Made by a program: the position numbers and the translations under genes. Below are positions 10,601-23,736 of a stretch of 51,611 nucleotides of DNA, one piece after another. The notes under the pieces are model-generated. The model was not told where the DNA came from. It saw only the letters and a list, made by a program, of their open reading frames with translations, and made no database searches. The stretch lies in the NCBI RefSeq assembly GCF_006345805.1, contig NW_021834215.1, positions 1 through 51,611 on the forward strand, written 5' to 3'. Position 1 is the stretch's first letter. The number at the start of each line of letters is the position of its first letter. The stretch is from Octopus sinensis. Taxonomy: Eukaryota.

Positions 10601-13211
10601 TTGTGAACTCTGGGACATTGTTAGCATTTTTCACATTCAAACCAAGCAAACTGTTGTTATCGTTAACTTTCTTATGGAAATATTTCACTGTTCTTTTATT
10701 GCTCCATGGGGTTTTGACGATGAGTTTCAAATCGGTTGATTCGATGCTCATGTCATTGATCTCCACACTGATGTTGAAGTCGTAAGGAGTGTTTAACTTT
10801 ATGATGAAAACTTCACGCTTGGCCATTATCTCAAAATTGATCTCCTTCACATCATATTTGAGGTTGACAGAAAACTGGGTAAACAGCTGATCCAGATAGT
10901 GCGTGAGTTTCACTTCTCCTGATCCGGTGACAGACAAAATATCAAAAGAACTGACAAGTGACATTTCCAAAAAGTTTCTGAAAGAGACCGATATATCTGT
11001 CTGTATAAAATGCTTACTATATGAGGCCCTGAATTTGAAATCCCCCTTTTTATTTTTGCCCATTCCACCACTAAAATTCACTTTGAATTCCTTAAACGGT
11101 GGTAAAGAGGCAGTGAATTTCATGTCAAATCGTAATTCCGCCTTCTGGAAAGTAATTACATAAGGAACATCGTTGTATATTAGTTTCATTTCTATGTCAA
11201 TTTTATTTTTATAGTCGTGTTCCATATTCAATGAGAAGCTGTGACTTGGAGTTGGAGTGGAAACCGTAACAAGAAGATTCGTGAAATATTTCCCTTTAGT
11301 TATGAATTCATACTTCTCACCATCTACCTTAGCAAATGCTTCAATCTGCAAATGGTTTTTCTCTTTTGATTTAGAAAGTACTCTAGATGAGATCAAGTGT
11401 TGCAAACTAAAGCCAAATTGATCGAGTTCTGAGATCTGCTTTGTTGATCCTTTCACATGGATCATGAGGTCCCCAACAGGATCAAATTCATAGTTGCCAG
11501 ATATGGATACCACATCGAACCCATTTCTGTTAACCTTGACACTCATAGATTTTTTAAACCAGTCACTACCTTCCAATGATGCCACAGTATTTATTTTGGT
11601 ACCAAATATATTCATTTTGCTGGTTATCTTGTCAACGTCTTTCTTCTTTCGATAGACTAAATGCGTGAAGAAGTTATTCAGATATTGATGATTGGTGGTT
11701 ATTTGCAACTTGGCATCTAATGATTTTGATGCTTCGAATTTCAAAGAACTTTCAATTGTTATATTTGCAACTGATTTATCAACTCTTCTCAGTAAAATTT
11801 CAGAATGAAGTGTTTTCCGTCTTGACAGCTTGACATCTGTAGTAATGGTGAGGACTTCCCCAGTGAACAAAGCCATTTCAGTCTTAAGAAAAACATCATC
11901 CTGTTTATGTTTGTACAACTGACTAAGAGAAACGATCAGTTTATCATTGTAATGGACACTAAATTTTCCATCTATGTTGTCTTTGACTCTGGTTAACACA
12001 AATTCAGTTTTTCCTTTGTGATGTTCCTTCTGCATTTTCATATCAAAATTTCCCTTTATTATAGTTTTGTCTGATTTTTTCACGACAGAATACATTGAGT
12101 TGAAAATATCTTTGTTGCCTACTGTTAACTGAGCTGTACCATTAGAAAAGAAATTAAAATTTCTCGGGTCATGAACTGCCCGAATATCCGATTGCATTCG
12201 AAAATTATTAGCGTTATACATAAAGTCAAACTGGAAGTTTTTCACAGTTTCTTTTTCCAGTGAAGTTTTGAGCCGAAAATTAACTTGTTTCGCTTTCATT
12301 TCAGCTAAAAACTTAAACATTTTCTTGTTATTAACCAGTTTATAATGAGCCAAAATCTTCTCTCCTTTCATGACTCGAGTCTCTGTGTACTCAGCATTTA
12401 ATGTATTATAATACCATTTCCAAGTTGCCAAACTATAGAAGTCTTTGAATTTCATTTCATATTTCATTGCAAATGAATCATGCATATAAGTGACAGTGCA
12501 ACTGTAGGTAATATGTTCGAAACCCTCCCAAGGCAGGAACAATTCGAGTGTTGCCACAGCAGAAGTGCTACCACTTGTCTTGAACAAAGAACGGTTAATC
12601 TTCACCTTTACTTCCTTTGATGGAGCCCAGCCAACCAAAAAGCTAGCATCGACGGATTCGTGTTTCAAAGAAATATCTCCATCGAAAGCATAACTATGCT
12701 GATCCTTTGATATTGCACCTGCCTCTGCCATAAAGGCACCACCAAGCTTGTAACGTGTCTCAGCGAAAGCAACGGAACAGTCAAGTTTAATCTGCTTCCG
12801 ATTCGGCAATAACAGGCTGTTCTTTATGGAAATCACTCCACCCTCATTCTGCATGTACTTAGTTTCGAAGTTAACCTCTTTTCCGTCAAACCAGTTCACG
12901 GACAACGTGTTCTCGTAGTTACGAAGATGTTCTTTCTTCAATTGGTTACTGATGGTCATTTTCTGCTTCAGATGTGTCACCTCTAAAACTGTTTTACAAC
13001 CTTTCATTCCTCCGATTCCGCCGTACTTTTTGGCGTCTCCTTCTCTCTGAACATTGTGCTTGAAGTTCAGCTTGATGCTTTTGCTGCTGGCGTACATAAT
13101 CTTCATCGTGCTGGCTATGTTGTTCAGAAGAAAATTGTCTTGGTGGTTGTGATCTAGATCCAACTCAAAATCGAGATCCTTTAAAATTAAGAACAAAAAA
13201 GTATTATTAAC

Positions 13212-13264
<53 letters not shown>

Positions 13265-13453
13265 GGTGCCTTAAAAAAAAAAATTTTTTTTAATTAAAAA
13301 AATAAAAATCAAGATCCTTTAGAATTAAAAACAAAAAAGTATTATTAACATAATAATAATAATAATAATACTGTTGCCTTAGAAAAAAAAAATTAAAAAA
13401 ATAAAAATCAAGATCCTTTAAAAATAAAGAACCAAAAAGTATTATTAACATAC

Positions 13454-13493
<40 letters not shown>

Positions 13494-15004
13494 TAGAGAT
13501 AGACATACAAGAAACAGGCACAGAAAAAGCTAAGCGCATGAAAACCCGTGCAAAATCTGCGGCCTTAGATATTCTGAATGATAAATGGCAAGAAAAATCT
13601 CTCTATGGCAAATACCCAAAGAGAGCGAATAATGCAGATGTTGACAAAGCCCTGATCCATCAATGGCTAATGGCCTCTGGCTTAAAATCTGAAACAGAGG
13701 GGTTTATCATAGCAGCTCAAGATCAATGCCTACCAACAAGAAACTACCAGGCCAACATATTAAAGATCAGAAGCAGTCCAACGTGTCGTGTATGCCAGCA
13801 ACAAAATGAAACCATTGACCATGTGGTCTCCAAGTGCAGTCTTCTAGCGCCTACAGAGTATCTCAACAGACACGATAGAGCTGCACAATATATTCACTGG
13901 GTAATTTGCAAAAACCTGGACTTGCCCCATTATAAAAACTGATGGGAACACAATCCACCCCCAGTGCTTGAAAATGACCACATCTCACTCCTTTGGAACT
14001 TTGCCATTCAAACTGACAGAAAGATAGATGCAAATAGGCCAGACATCATATTGAAAGACTTCAGACAAAAATCATGCCTCCTCATTGATATGACTGTCCC
14101 AACCAACATAAATGTATCTGTCAAGACCTATCAAAAACTGAGCAAGTATAAAGATCTTGAAATAGAAATCAGCAAAATGTGGAACCTCAAGACTAAAACA
14201 ATACCTGTTGTCATAGGTGCCCTGGAAATGATAGCAAAAGGGGCTGATTGCTACCTAACTCAGATACCAGGAAACCCCAAAATGGCAGAAATTCAAAAGA
14301 TAGTGCTCTTGGGAACTGCCCATATTCTACACAAAATACTTTCTATGTAATCTCAAGTTTTAAAACAAACATGATTTTTTTATGGTTTTTTAAACATTCA
14401 CTAGTACAACACTAAGTACAAAACCAAATATATGACACCCTAGGCATAACACCAACATGAATTTCTAACTTGTTGTCTCTTGAGATCTCTGGGTGAGGTT
14501 TGGAGCCAACTTGTACAAATATAAAGCAAAAGTCAAACATAGAATAATAATAATAATAATGATAATAATAATAATAATAATAGTAACTAATAATAATACT
14601 GATAATAATAATAATAATAATAATTATAATAATAATAATAATAATAATAATCCTTTCTACTATAGGCACAAGCCCCTAGATTTGTGGGGTGAGGACTAGT
14701 TGATTACATCGACCTCACTGTTTCACTGGTCCTTAATTTATTAACTTGAAAGGATGAAAGGCTCGCCACCATCATGTGATATACAATCCAATACCCACAG
14801 TAGCAAAGGCAAAAAAGGATACATAAAAATAAAAAAAAAAACTTGGCTGTGTGGTAAGTAGCCAGTTTACCAAACACATAGTTCCAGGTTCAGTCCCACT
14901 GCGTGACACCTTGGGCAAGTGTCTTCTACTATAGCCTCGGGGCGACCAAAGCCTTGTGAGTGGATTTGGTAGACAGAAACTGAAAGAAGCCCGTCGTATA
15001 TATG

Positions 15005-15059
<55 letters not shown>

Positions 15060-18000
15060 TTTTATGTTTGTGTTTGTCTCCCCAACATCGCTTCACAACC
15101 GATGCTGGTGTATTTATGTCCCCGTCACTTAGCGGTTCGGCAAAAAAGACCGATAGAATAAGTACTGGGCTTACATAAGAATAAGTCCCGGGGTCGAGTT
15201 GCTCGATTAAAGGCGGTGCTCCAGCATGGCCGCAGTCAAATGACTGAAACAAGTAAAATTTTTTTAAAAATTTAAATAAATAAAAACTTACCCTTTTTTC
15301 GTCTTTAATTTTCATATAATAATTAAGGGTCTTTTCTTTGCTAGCAAAGTCATGATTGACAATAACCTGTGTCTGTAGAATTTCTGGGTTCTTTTTCCCA
15401 AGATGTATGTCCATTGCTGTTTCAATGCGTTTGCTATTTCTGTTGAATTTACCAATAATGAGTACATTTCTTTTGGGACTCATTTGACTCGTAAAACTCC
15501 TACAACAGAGAAAGTTATTGGTGGTGGTCATGGTTGAGGTAGTGTTTAAAAAAAGAAGAGCATTAACACCAATGGAGAAGTTCTTAAGTAGATAGGGCCG
15601 AAAATGTCGCTAGAAGCTAGGATCACCAAGCATAGATTGGCATATTTCGGTCATATTATGCGGAGAGAATCCCTGGAGAAGGACATCATGCTTGGAATGG
15701 TCAGTGGGAAGAGAGGAAGAGGCCGACCAATGGAGAAGTTCTTAAGCAGATCAGGCCGAAAATGTCGCTAGAAGCTAGGATCACCAAGCATAGATTGGCA
15801 TATTTCGGTCATATTATGCGGAGAAAATCCCTGGAGAAGGACATCATGCTTGGAATGGTCAGTGGCAAGAGAGGAAGAGGCTGACCAATGGAGAAGTTCT
15901 TAAGCAGATAAGGCCGAAAATGTCGCTAGAAGCTAGGATCACCAAGCATAGATTGGCATATTTTGGTCATATTATGCGGAGAAAATCCCTGGAGAAGGAC
16001 ATCATGCTTGGAATGGTCAGTGGCAAGAGAGGAAGAGGCCGACGAAGAACCCGCTGGCTTGACACCATCAAGAGTGATATCGGAATGAACATAGCCAATC
16101 TGAAAGAAGCAGCCCAGGACAGAACTGGACTGGAGGACACTGATCCAACGAGTGACCGAGAGTCGACTTCGACTGAGCGGATAGATGGATGAGATTAAAG
16201 ATTAGCATTAGTATTAACTAGTATTCATTTTATTGGTCCTAAAAAGATGAAAGGCAAAGTTGACCGCCCTCAGCCGAATTTGAACTCAGAACATAAAGGC
16301 CAATGAAATGTTTTTTAAGCATTTTGCCTGACATGCTAAGGAATCTGCCAACTTACTGCTTTAGTAGCAATACTACTACAAAGCAGTGAGCTGGTAGAAA
16401 TGTAGTAGTAAACGCTGGTAGTACTTATTTAATCGACCCCGAAAGGATGAAAGGCAAAGTCGACCTCGGCAGAATTTGAACTCAGAACGTAACGGCAGAA
16501 GAAATACCTATTTCTTTACTACCCACAAGGGGCTAAACACAGAGGGGACAAACAAGGACAGACAAACGGATTAAGTCAATTACATCGCCCTCAGTGCATA
16601 ACTGGTACTTATTTAATCGACCCCGAAAACTAAAAGAAGAAAATTAAAAAAATATCCCATAGATTAGGCACAGGAGTGGCTGTGTGGTAAGTAGCTTGCT
16701 AACCAACCACATGGTTCCGGGTTCAGTCCCACTGCATGGCATTTTGGGCAAGTGTCTTCTGCTATAGCCTCGGGCCGACCAAAGCCTTGTGAGTGGATTT
16801 GGTAGACGGAAACTGAAAGAAGCCTGTCGTATATATGTATATATATATATATATATGCGTGTGTGTGCTTGTGTGTCTGTGTTTGTCCCCCTAGCATTGC
16901 TTGACAACCGATGCTGGTGTGTTTATGTCCCCGTCACTTAGCGGTTCGACAAAAGAGACCGATAGAATAAGTACTGGGCTTACAAAAGAATAAGTCTCGG
17001 GGTCGATTTGCTCGACTAAAAGGCGGTGCTCCAGCAAGGCCACAGTCAAAGGACTGAAACAAGTAAAAGAGTATAGATTGACCATGTATCACATGGAATC
17101 TAGGGTTGCTCTCGTTGGAAAGTTTTGCATCAAAGATAAGCTGGAGACCCTGTAAAGGTTCAAAGGGGGTCAAGGGTTGCCCTTTCCTCTTGACTAAAAG
17201 TTAAAAGAAAAAAAAAGACAAACGACAATAAGAAACTCACAAATTGGCTCTGTATCTCATGGCATCAGGGTTGCTCTCGTCCCGAAGCTTTGCATCGAAG
17301 GTGACCTTGTCCTTGTGTTTGTATAGCACGTAGTTGCATTCTAAGTGTGCACCAAAGTATGCACTTTTGAGTTGCACGTTGCCCTTGCCTTTCAGTGTCA
17401 GCTTTGGAGATTTGAGGTTAAACTTGAGGATGTTCTCCATTTTCTTCTTGTTGAAGATTGCCAGAGCTGAAAGAAAAGTGGAAAAAGAGAAAACGGAGGT
17501 GATGAGGCAAAGTGCAATACAGGTGCAATACAGGTGCAATACAGGTGAAGTCAACTCCCCAAGTCATACAGACCCGTAGATTAATTGCTAATAATTTTCT
17601 CATTGATGATGTGGGGACAAACACAGATACACACATACATATATATATATATACTAGCAGTATCGCCCGGCGTTGCTCGGGTTTGTAAGGGAAATAACTA
17701 TAAAGCATTTTTAGAGAGTTATAGCCAAAAAATAGCAAAAAAAATGGGGGGAAAATGATGGTAAATTTTTTTTTTGAGAGTTAAAAAGGTCGAGTTGCGT
17801 CCCCTAGACGGTCTGTGGTTTGTGCTTCTGATTCTCGACCCCATGTCGAATTTATTGATTTTTTTTCAGAACTGGGGGAACTTTTCAAAATTTTCGCTGC
17901 ATTAGTTTTGAATTATGACATTAGGCTATGTGTGTGTCAAGTTTCATCAGAATCGGTTGAAAGCCATGGTCAGGGTGAGGGTACAACCTGACAGACACAC

Positions 18001-18761
18001 AGACACACACACACAGACAAACTGCCGTTTATATATAGAGAGAGATATAATTATAAATGGAGGGAAATACGAATTCACTTCTCTATATAAATGTGGATAT
18101 GCTGATTTGCTTCTGTATGTTCCGATGTCGCTTGGTCGGAAATATAAGGGGTAAGATTTCCTAGCATTTCTAGATTTATTTATCGGAATATTATGTCGAT
18201 GAAGGAAATGAATCTTATGATTCTAATCCAGAAACGTGCGTCCATAATTGACCGAGGACTGTTTGATTTCATTATTTTTCTTCTTTTCTTGCCATATGTG
18301 AGTTATAAATATTGTTGTCTGTGGAGACATATTTTTGTAGTAAAAGGGAATAGCAGTCCTCTGGCTGCTATTTCTAAAATTTTCAGTATGTGGTCAAGTA
18401 ACTTGTTGCAAAGACCCTTATTGTTATAATTATATAAACTTTTACCGAATATGGTCCTTTTCCATACCGAAGTGCTACAAGGTGAAATTTGTTGATTTTA
18501 TTAAATTATTTATAATTCCCCCTTTATCTGTATATATATATATATACTCTTTTACTCTTTTAGTTGTTTCAGTCATTTGACTGCGGCCATGCTGGAGCAC
18601 CGCCTTTAGTCGAGCAAATCGACCCCGGGACTTATTCTTTGTAAGCCCAGTACTTATTCTATCGGTCTCTTTTGCCGAACCGCTAAGTGACGGGGACGTA
18701 AACACACTAGCATCGGTTGTCAAGCAATGCTAGAGGGACAAACACAGACACACAAACATAT

Positions 18762-18808
<47 letters not shown>

Positions 18809-19936
18809 TGCGACAGGCTTCTTTCAGTTTCCGTCTACCAAATCCACTCACAAGGCTTTGGTCGGCCCGAGGCTATAGCAGAAGACACTTGCCCAAGATG
18901 CCACGCAGTGGGACTGAACCCAGAACCATGTCGTTGGTAGGCAAGCTACTTACCACACAGCCACTCCTGCGCCTATATATATTGTTGTACAAAAAATGGA
19001 ACTACTTACCAGACGCTTGAACTTTGCTCGTGAAGACATTTTCAACTCCAAATACAAAACCCATTTTCACTCCAGGATTGTAGGTTACTTGTGAGCTCAG
19101 TTTGATGGGTTCTCTGGATGGAAGCATGATGCCCACCCGTCCTGAATATACGGTCCCTCGTCCTTTTGGCGTTGCAGCAAAATTCGTGTCGGCTGAGTAT
19201 CGTTTCTCATTTAGACGTAAGCTAATGAACGATCTGTAATTCTTCTTGACTCTTTCAGCGGAAACTGCAAGAGGAAAGTAAAAATGGATACACAACTTAT
19301 AAATTCGGCCAATATTTACAAAAGTGGTAGCTAAATATCTAATGATCGGATTGTGAAATATATAAACGTGTTTGTGTGTGTGTGTGTGTGTGTGTGCGTG
19401 TGTGTATAGATGTATACATTCATACATGCTTGCATAAGTTCATGCATGCATACGCAGACACACACCACACACACACACACACTTACTTACATACATACAA
19501 TCATATATATGCCTGCCGACATATATATGCACACACACACACACATACACACAAACACACACACACAAACACACACACATACACACACAACACACATACA
19601 CACACATATATGCCAGCATGGAAAGTGGACATTAAATGAAGATGATGATGATGATGATATATATATACACTCATCTATTTAATATATATATATTATATTA
19701 TATATATATAAATAGATGAGTGTATTTTTACCTTGTTAGCAATTAACACGGAAAAAAAAAAATAAATAGTTACCAGGGCAGCAAAAATCTCACTTTTTTC
19801 ACTTTCCTGAGGAGAAGATTGCATTGTTTATACCATTTATTCTTTTGAATAGTATCAGTGGAATTTTTGAAACATGTGTCGAAAGTAAAAATATTTGATT
19901 ACACCTGCGTTAACTCCATTTTTTATTCATATATAT

Positions 19937-19981
<45 letters not shown>

Positions 19982-20216
19982 TGTGATCTCTTAAGCACCA
20001 CCAGCTCAATATTGTCTCCTCTGTCTTCCCTCCTGGGATCTTTCCTTCTCCTTGTTTCCGACGAAGAGCTCCGCTCGAAACGTTAAACCCTCCTTCCCTT
20101 CTTTCCTGAGCGTCAATAATACTTTAATTGTTCCACGTCCTGCGTTGCTGTGTTTTTTTCTTTTTTTTTTTTTTTTTTTCCCTGGTTTTTTGTCTGGTTT
20201 TCTTTTGTTTATATTA

Positions 20217-20264
<48 letters not shown>

Positions 20265-20424
20265 AGATAATAAAAATATATATAAAAATAAAAAGATAAT
20301 AAGGAGATAAGGAGATAAATAAAAATAATATATATATATATATCTCGCTTGGCAACAGTGGGGGGTGGTGTCAGGAAGGGCATCCGGCTGTAGAAAACTT
20401 GCCACACGCATAGCGCTGCGTATA

Positions 20425-20479
<55 letters not shown>

Positions 20480-22200
20480 ACATTAAGACTACCACTATTT
20501 TCATGCTAAGAAAAATGTCTTAATATCTTAACAATTTCTGAAAGGGGAACCACCATCTGCACTGCCAACCCCACCAGAATAGTTTCTTTCCATGACCAAG
20601 AACATTGTATATATACAACATGTGAACTGCACTCATACAAGAAACAGGTCCTTGCTAATGAACTCCTTCAGTATATAAACACATGAACACATATACCCAG
20701 AATACCTATTTCTTTACTACCCACAAGGGGCTAAACACAGAGGGGACAAACAAGGACAGACAAACGGATTAAGTCGATTACATCGACCCCAGTGCGTAAC
20801 TGGTACTTAATTTATCAACCCCGAAAGGATGAAAGGCAAAGTCGACCTCGGCAGAATTTGAACTCAGAACGTAACGGCAGAAGAAATACCTATTTCTTTA
20901 TTACCCACAAGGGGCTAAACACAGAGGGGACAAACAAGGACAGACAAACGGATTAAGTCGATTACATCGACCCCAGTGCGTAACTGGTACTTAATTTATC
21001 GACCCCGAAAGGATAAAAGGCAAAGTCGACCTCGGCAGAATTTGAACTCAGAACGTAACAGCAGAAGAAATACCTATTTCTTTATTACCCACAAGGGGCT
21101 AAACACAGAGGGGACAAACAAGGACAGACAAATGGATTAAGTCGATTACATCGACCCCAGTGCGTAACTGGTACTTAATTTATCGACCCCGAAAGGATGA
21201 AAGGCAAAGTCGACCTTGGCGGAATTTGAACCCGGAACGTAACGACAGATGAAATACGGCTACGCATTTCGCCCAGCGCGCTAACGTTTCTTTGCCAGTG
21301 CGTGGCATCTTGGGCAAGTGTCTTCTACTATAGCCTCGGGCCCGACCAAAGCCTTGTGAGTGGATTTGGTAGACGAAATGAAAGAAGCCCGTCGTATATA
21401 TAGTAATATATATATTATATATATATATATGGTGTGTGCATGTTTGTGTGTCTGTGTTTGGTCCCCCTAGCATCACATTGACAAACGATGCTGGTTGTGT
21501 TTATGTTCCCCCGTACTATAGCGGTTTCGGGAAAAGAGACCGATAGAATAAGTACTGGGTTTACAAAGAATAAGTCCCGGGGTCGATTTGCTCGACTAAA
21601 GGCGGTGCTCCAGCATGGCCACAGTCAACTGATTGAAACAAGTAAAAGAGTAAAGAGTAATATATATATATATATATGTATATATATTTATATTTATATA
21701 TATATATATATATAAATATATATACCCAGAATATAATCTGATAATAATTTTGCTGGTCATTCTGTTACTTAGCCCATCTGTAACGCTTTCACGTGTTTAG
21801 AGAAAAAGTGGGAGAAAGAACAGAGGTAGAGAGAAAAAGATGGAGAGAGAAAAAGAGGGAATGAGAAGCGTCCATGACATGGGATAGAGGGTCTGTAGCT
21901 GTAATACTTTTACGTGATTAGTAGAAGGGAGAGAGGGTAGAAGAATGAGAAAGAGAAAGGAGAGAGAAAAAGAGGATAAAGGCAAAGAGTGAGACAGAAA
22001 GAGTGAGAGAGAGAGAGAGAGAGAGAAAAGACAGAGAGAGAAACAGAGGGAGAGAGAAGCGTCCATGACATGAGGGAGGGGGAATGTAATATTTATTACA
22101 TATGTGTGTATGAGCGGTCTAAGGCGCTGGTTTATGGCACCAGTCTCTTCAGAGGCGTGGTTCGAATCCGCCGCTGTCACTCGTCTTTATTAAATGATGA

Positions 22201-22245
<45 letters not shown>

Positions 22246-22306
22246 ATATCACAATATATCATATATATATATATATGTATATATATATATGTATAAATAT
22301 ACATAG

Positions 22307-22356
<50 letters not shown>

Positions 22357-22372
22357 GTATATATATATATAC

Positions 22373-22405
<33 letters not shown>

Positions 22406-22516
22406 CATCTATATATACATATATATATATACATATATATATATACATATATATATATATCATATATATATATACATTATGTATATATATATGTATATAT
22501 ATATATATTATATATA

Positions 22517-22557
<41 letters not shown>

Positions 22558-22944
22558 TATATATATATATTATATATATGTATATATGTATATAATATAC
22601 ATATACATACACATCATCATCATCATCATCATCATCATCAATCATTTAGCGTCCGCTTTCCATGCTAGCATGGGTTGGACGGTTCAACTGGGGTCTGTGA
22701 AGCTGGAAGGCTTCGTCAGGCCCAGTCAGATCTGGCAGTGTTTCTACGGCTGGATGCCCTTCCTAACGCCAACCACTCCGTGAGTGTAGTGGGTGCTTTT
22801 TATGTGCCACCTGCACAGGTGCCAGACAGAGCTGGCAAACGTTGCAAATTGTGTATAATTAAGAATATGTATGTGAAAGTGTGTTTGTTTCTTATGTGAA
22901 TTTTCTCCAGTTATTTTAGTAACAAAAATGAGAACATTGTAGTA

Positions 22945-22998
<54 letters not shown>

Positions 22999-23677
22999 TA
23001 TAAAGATTACCTGGTTTGGTTTATCTGAGAAACTATTTTTTTAAATAAAAATTTCTCATATTTTTATAAATATATACTCTTTTACTCTTTTACTTGTTTC
23101 GGTCATTTGACTGCGGCCATGCTGGAGCACCACCTTTAATCGAGCAACTCGACCCCGGGACTTATTCTTTTGTAAGCCCAGTACTTATCCTATCGGTCTC
23201 TTTTGCCGAACCGCTAAGTAACGGGGACATAAACACACCAGCATCGGTTATCAAGCAATGCTAGGGGGACAAACACAGACACACAAACACACACACGCAT
23301 ATATATATACATATATACGACGGGCTTCTTTCAGTTTCCGTCTACCAAATCCACTCACAAGGCTTTGGTCGGCCCGAGGCTATAGTAGAAGACACTTGCC
23401 CAAGGTGCCACGCAGTGGGACTGAACCCGGAACCATGTGGTTGGTAAACAAGCTACTTACCACACAGCCACTCCTATATATATTTTTTTTTTTTTTTTTT
23501 ACATTTTTAGTTTAGATGAAAATATATACCCTTCGGTATATTTACAAACAATTATTTATAGCCTTACCTGCTTCAAGTTTCACTATTCCAAAGCAAAAAA
23601 AAAAAAATTATTTATCATTCTCTCGAAGTTTATAAAGTATTACAACATCAATTTTAATTGCAATCACAACACACTAT

Positions 23678-23736
<59 letters not shown>

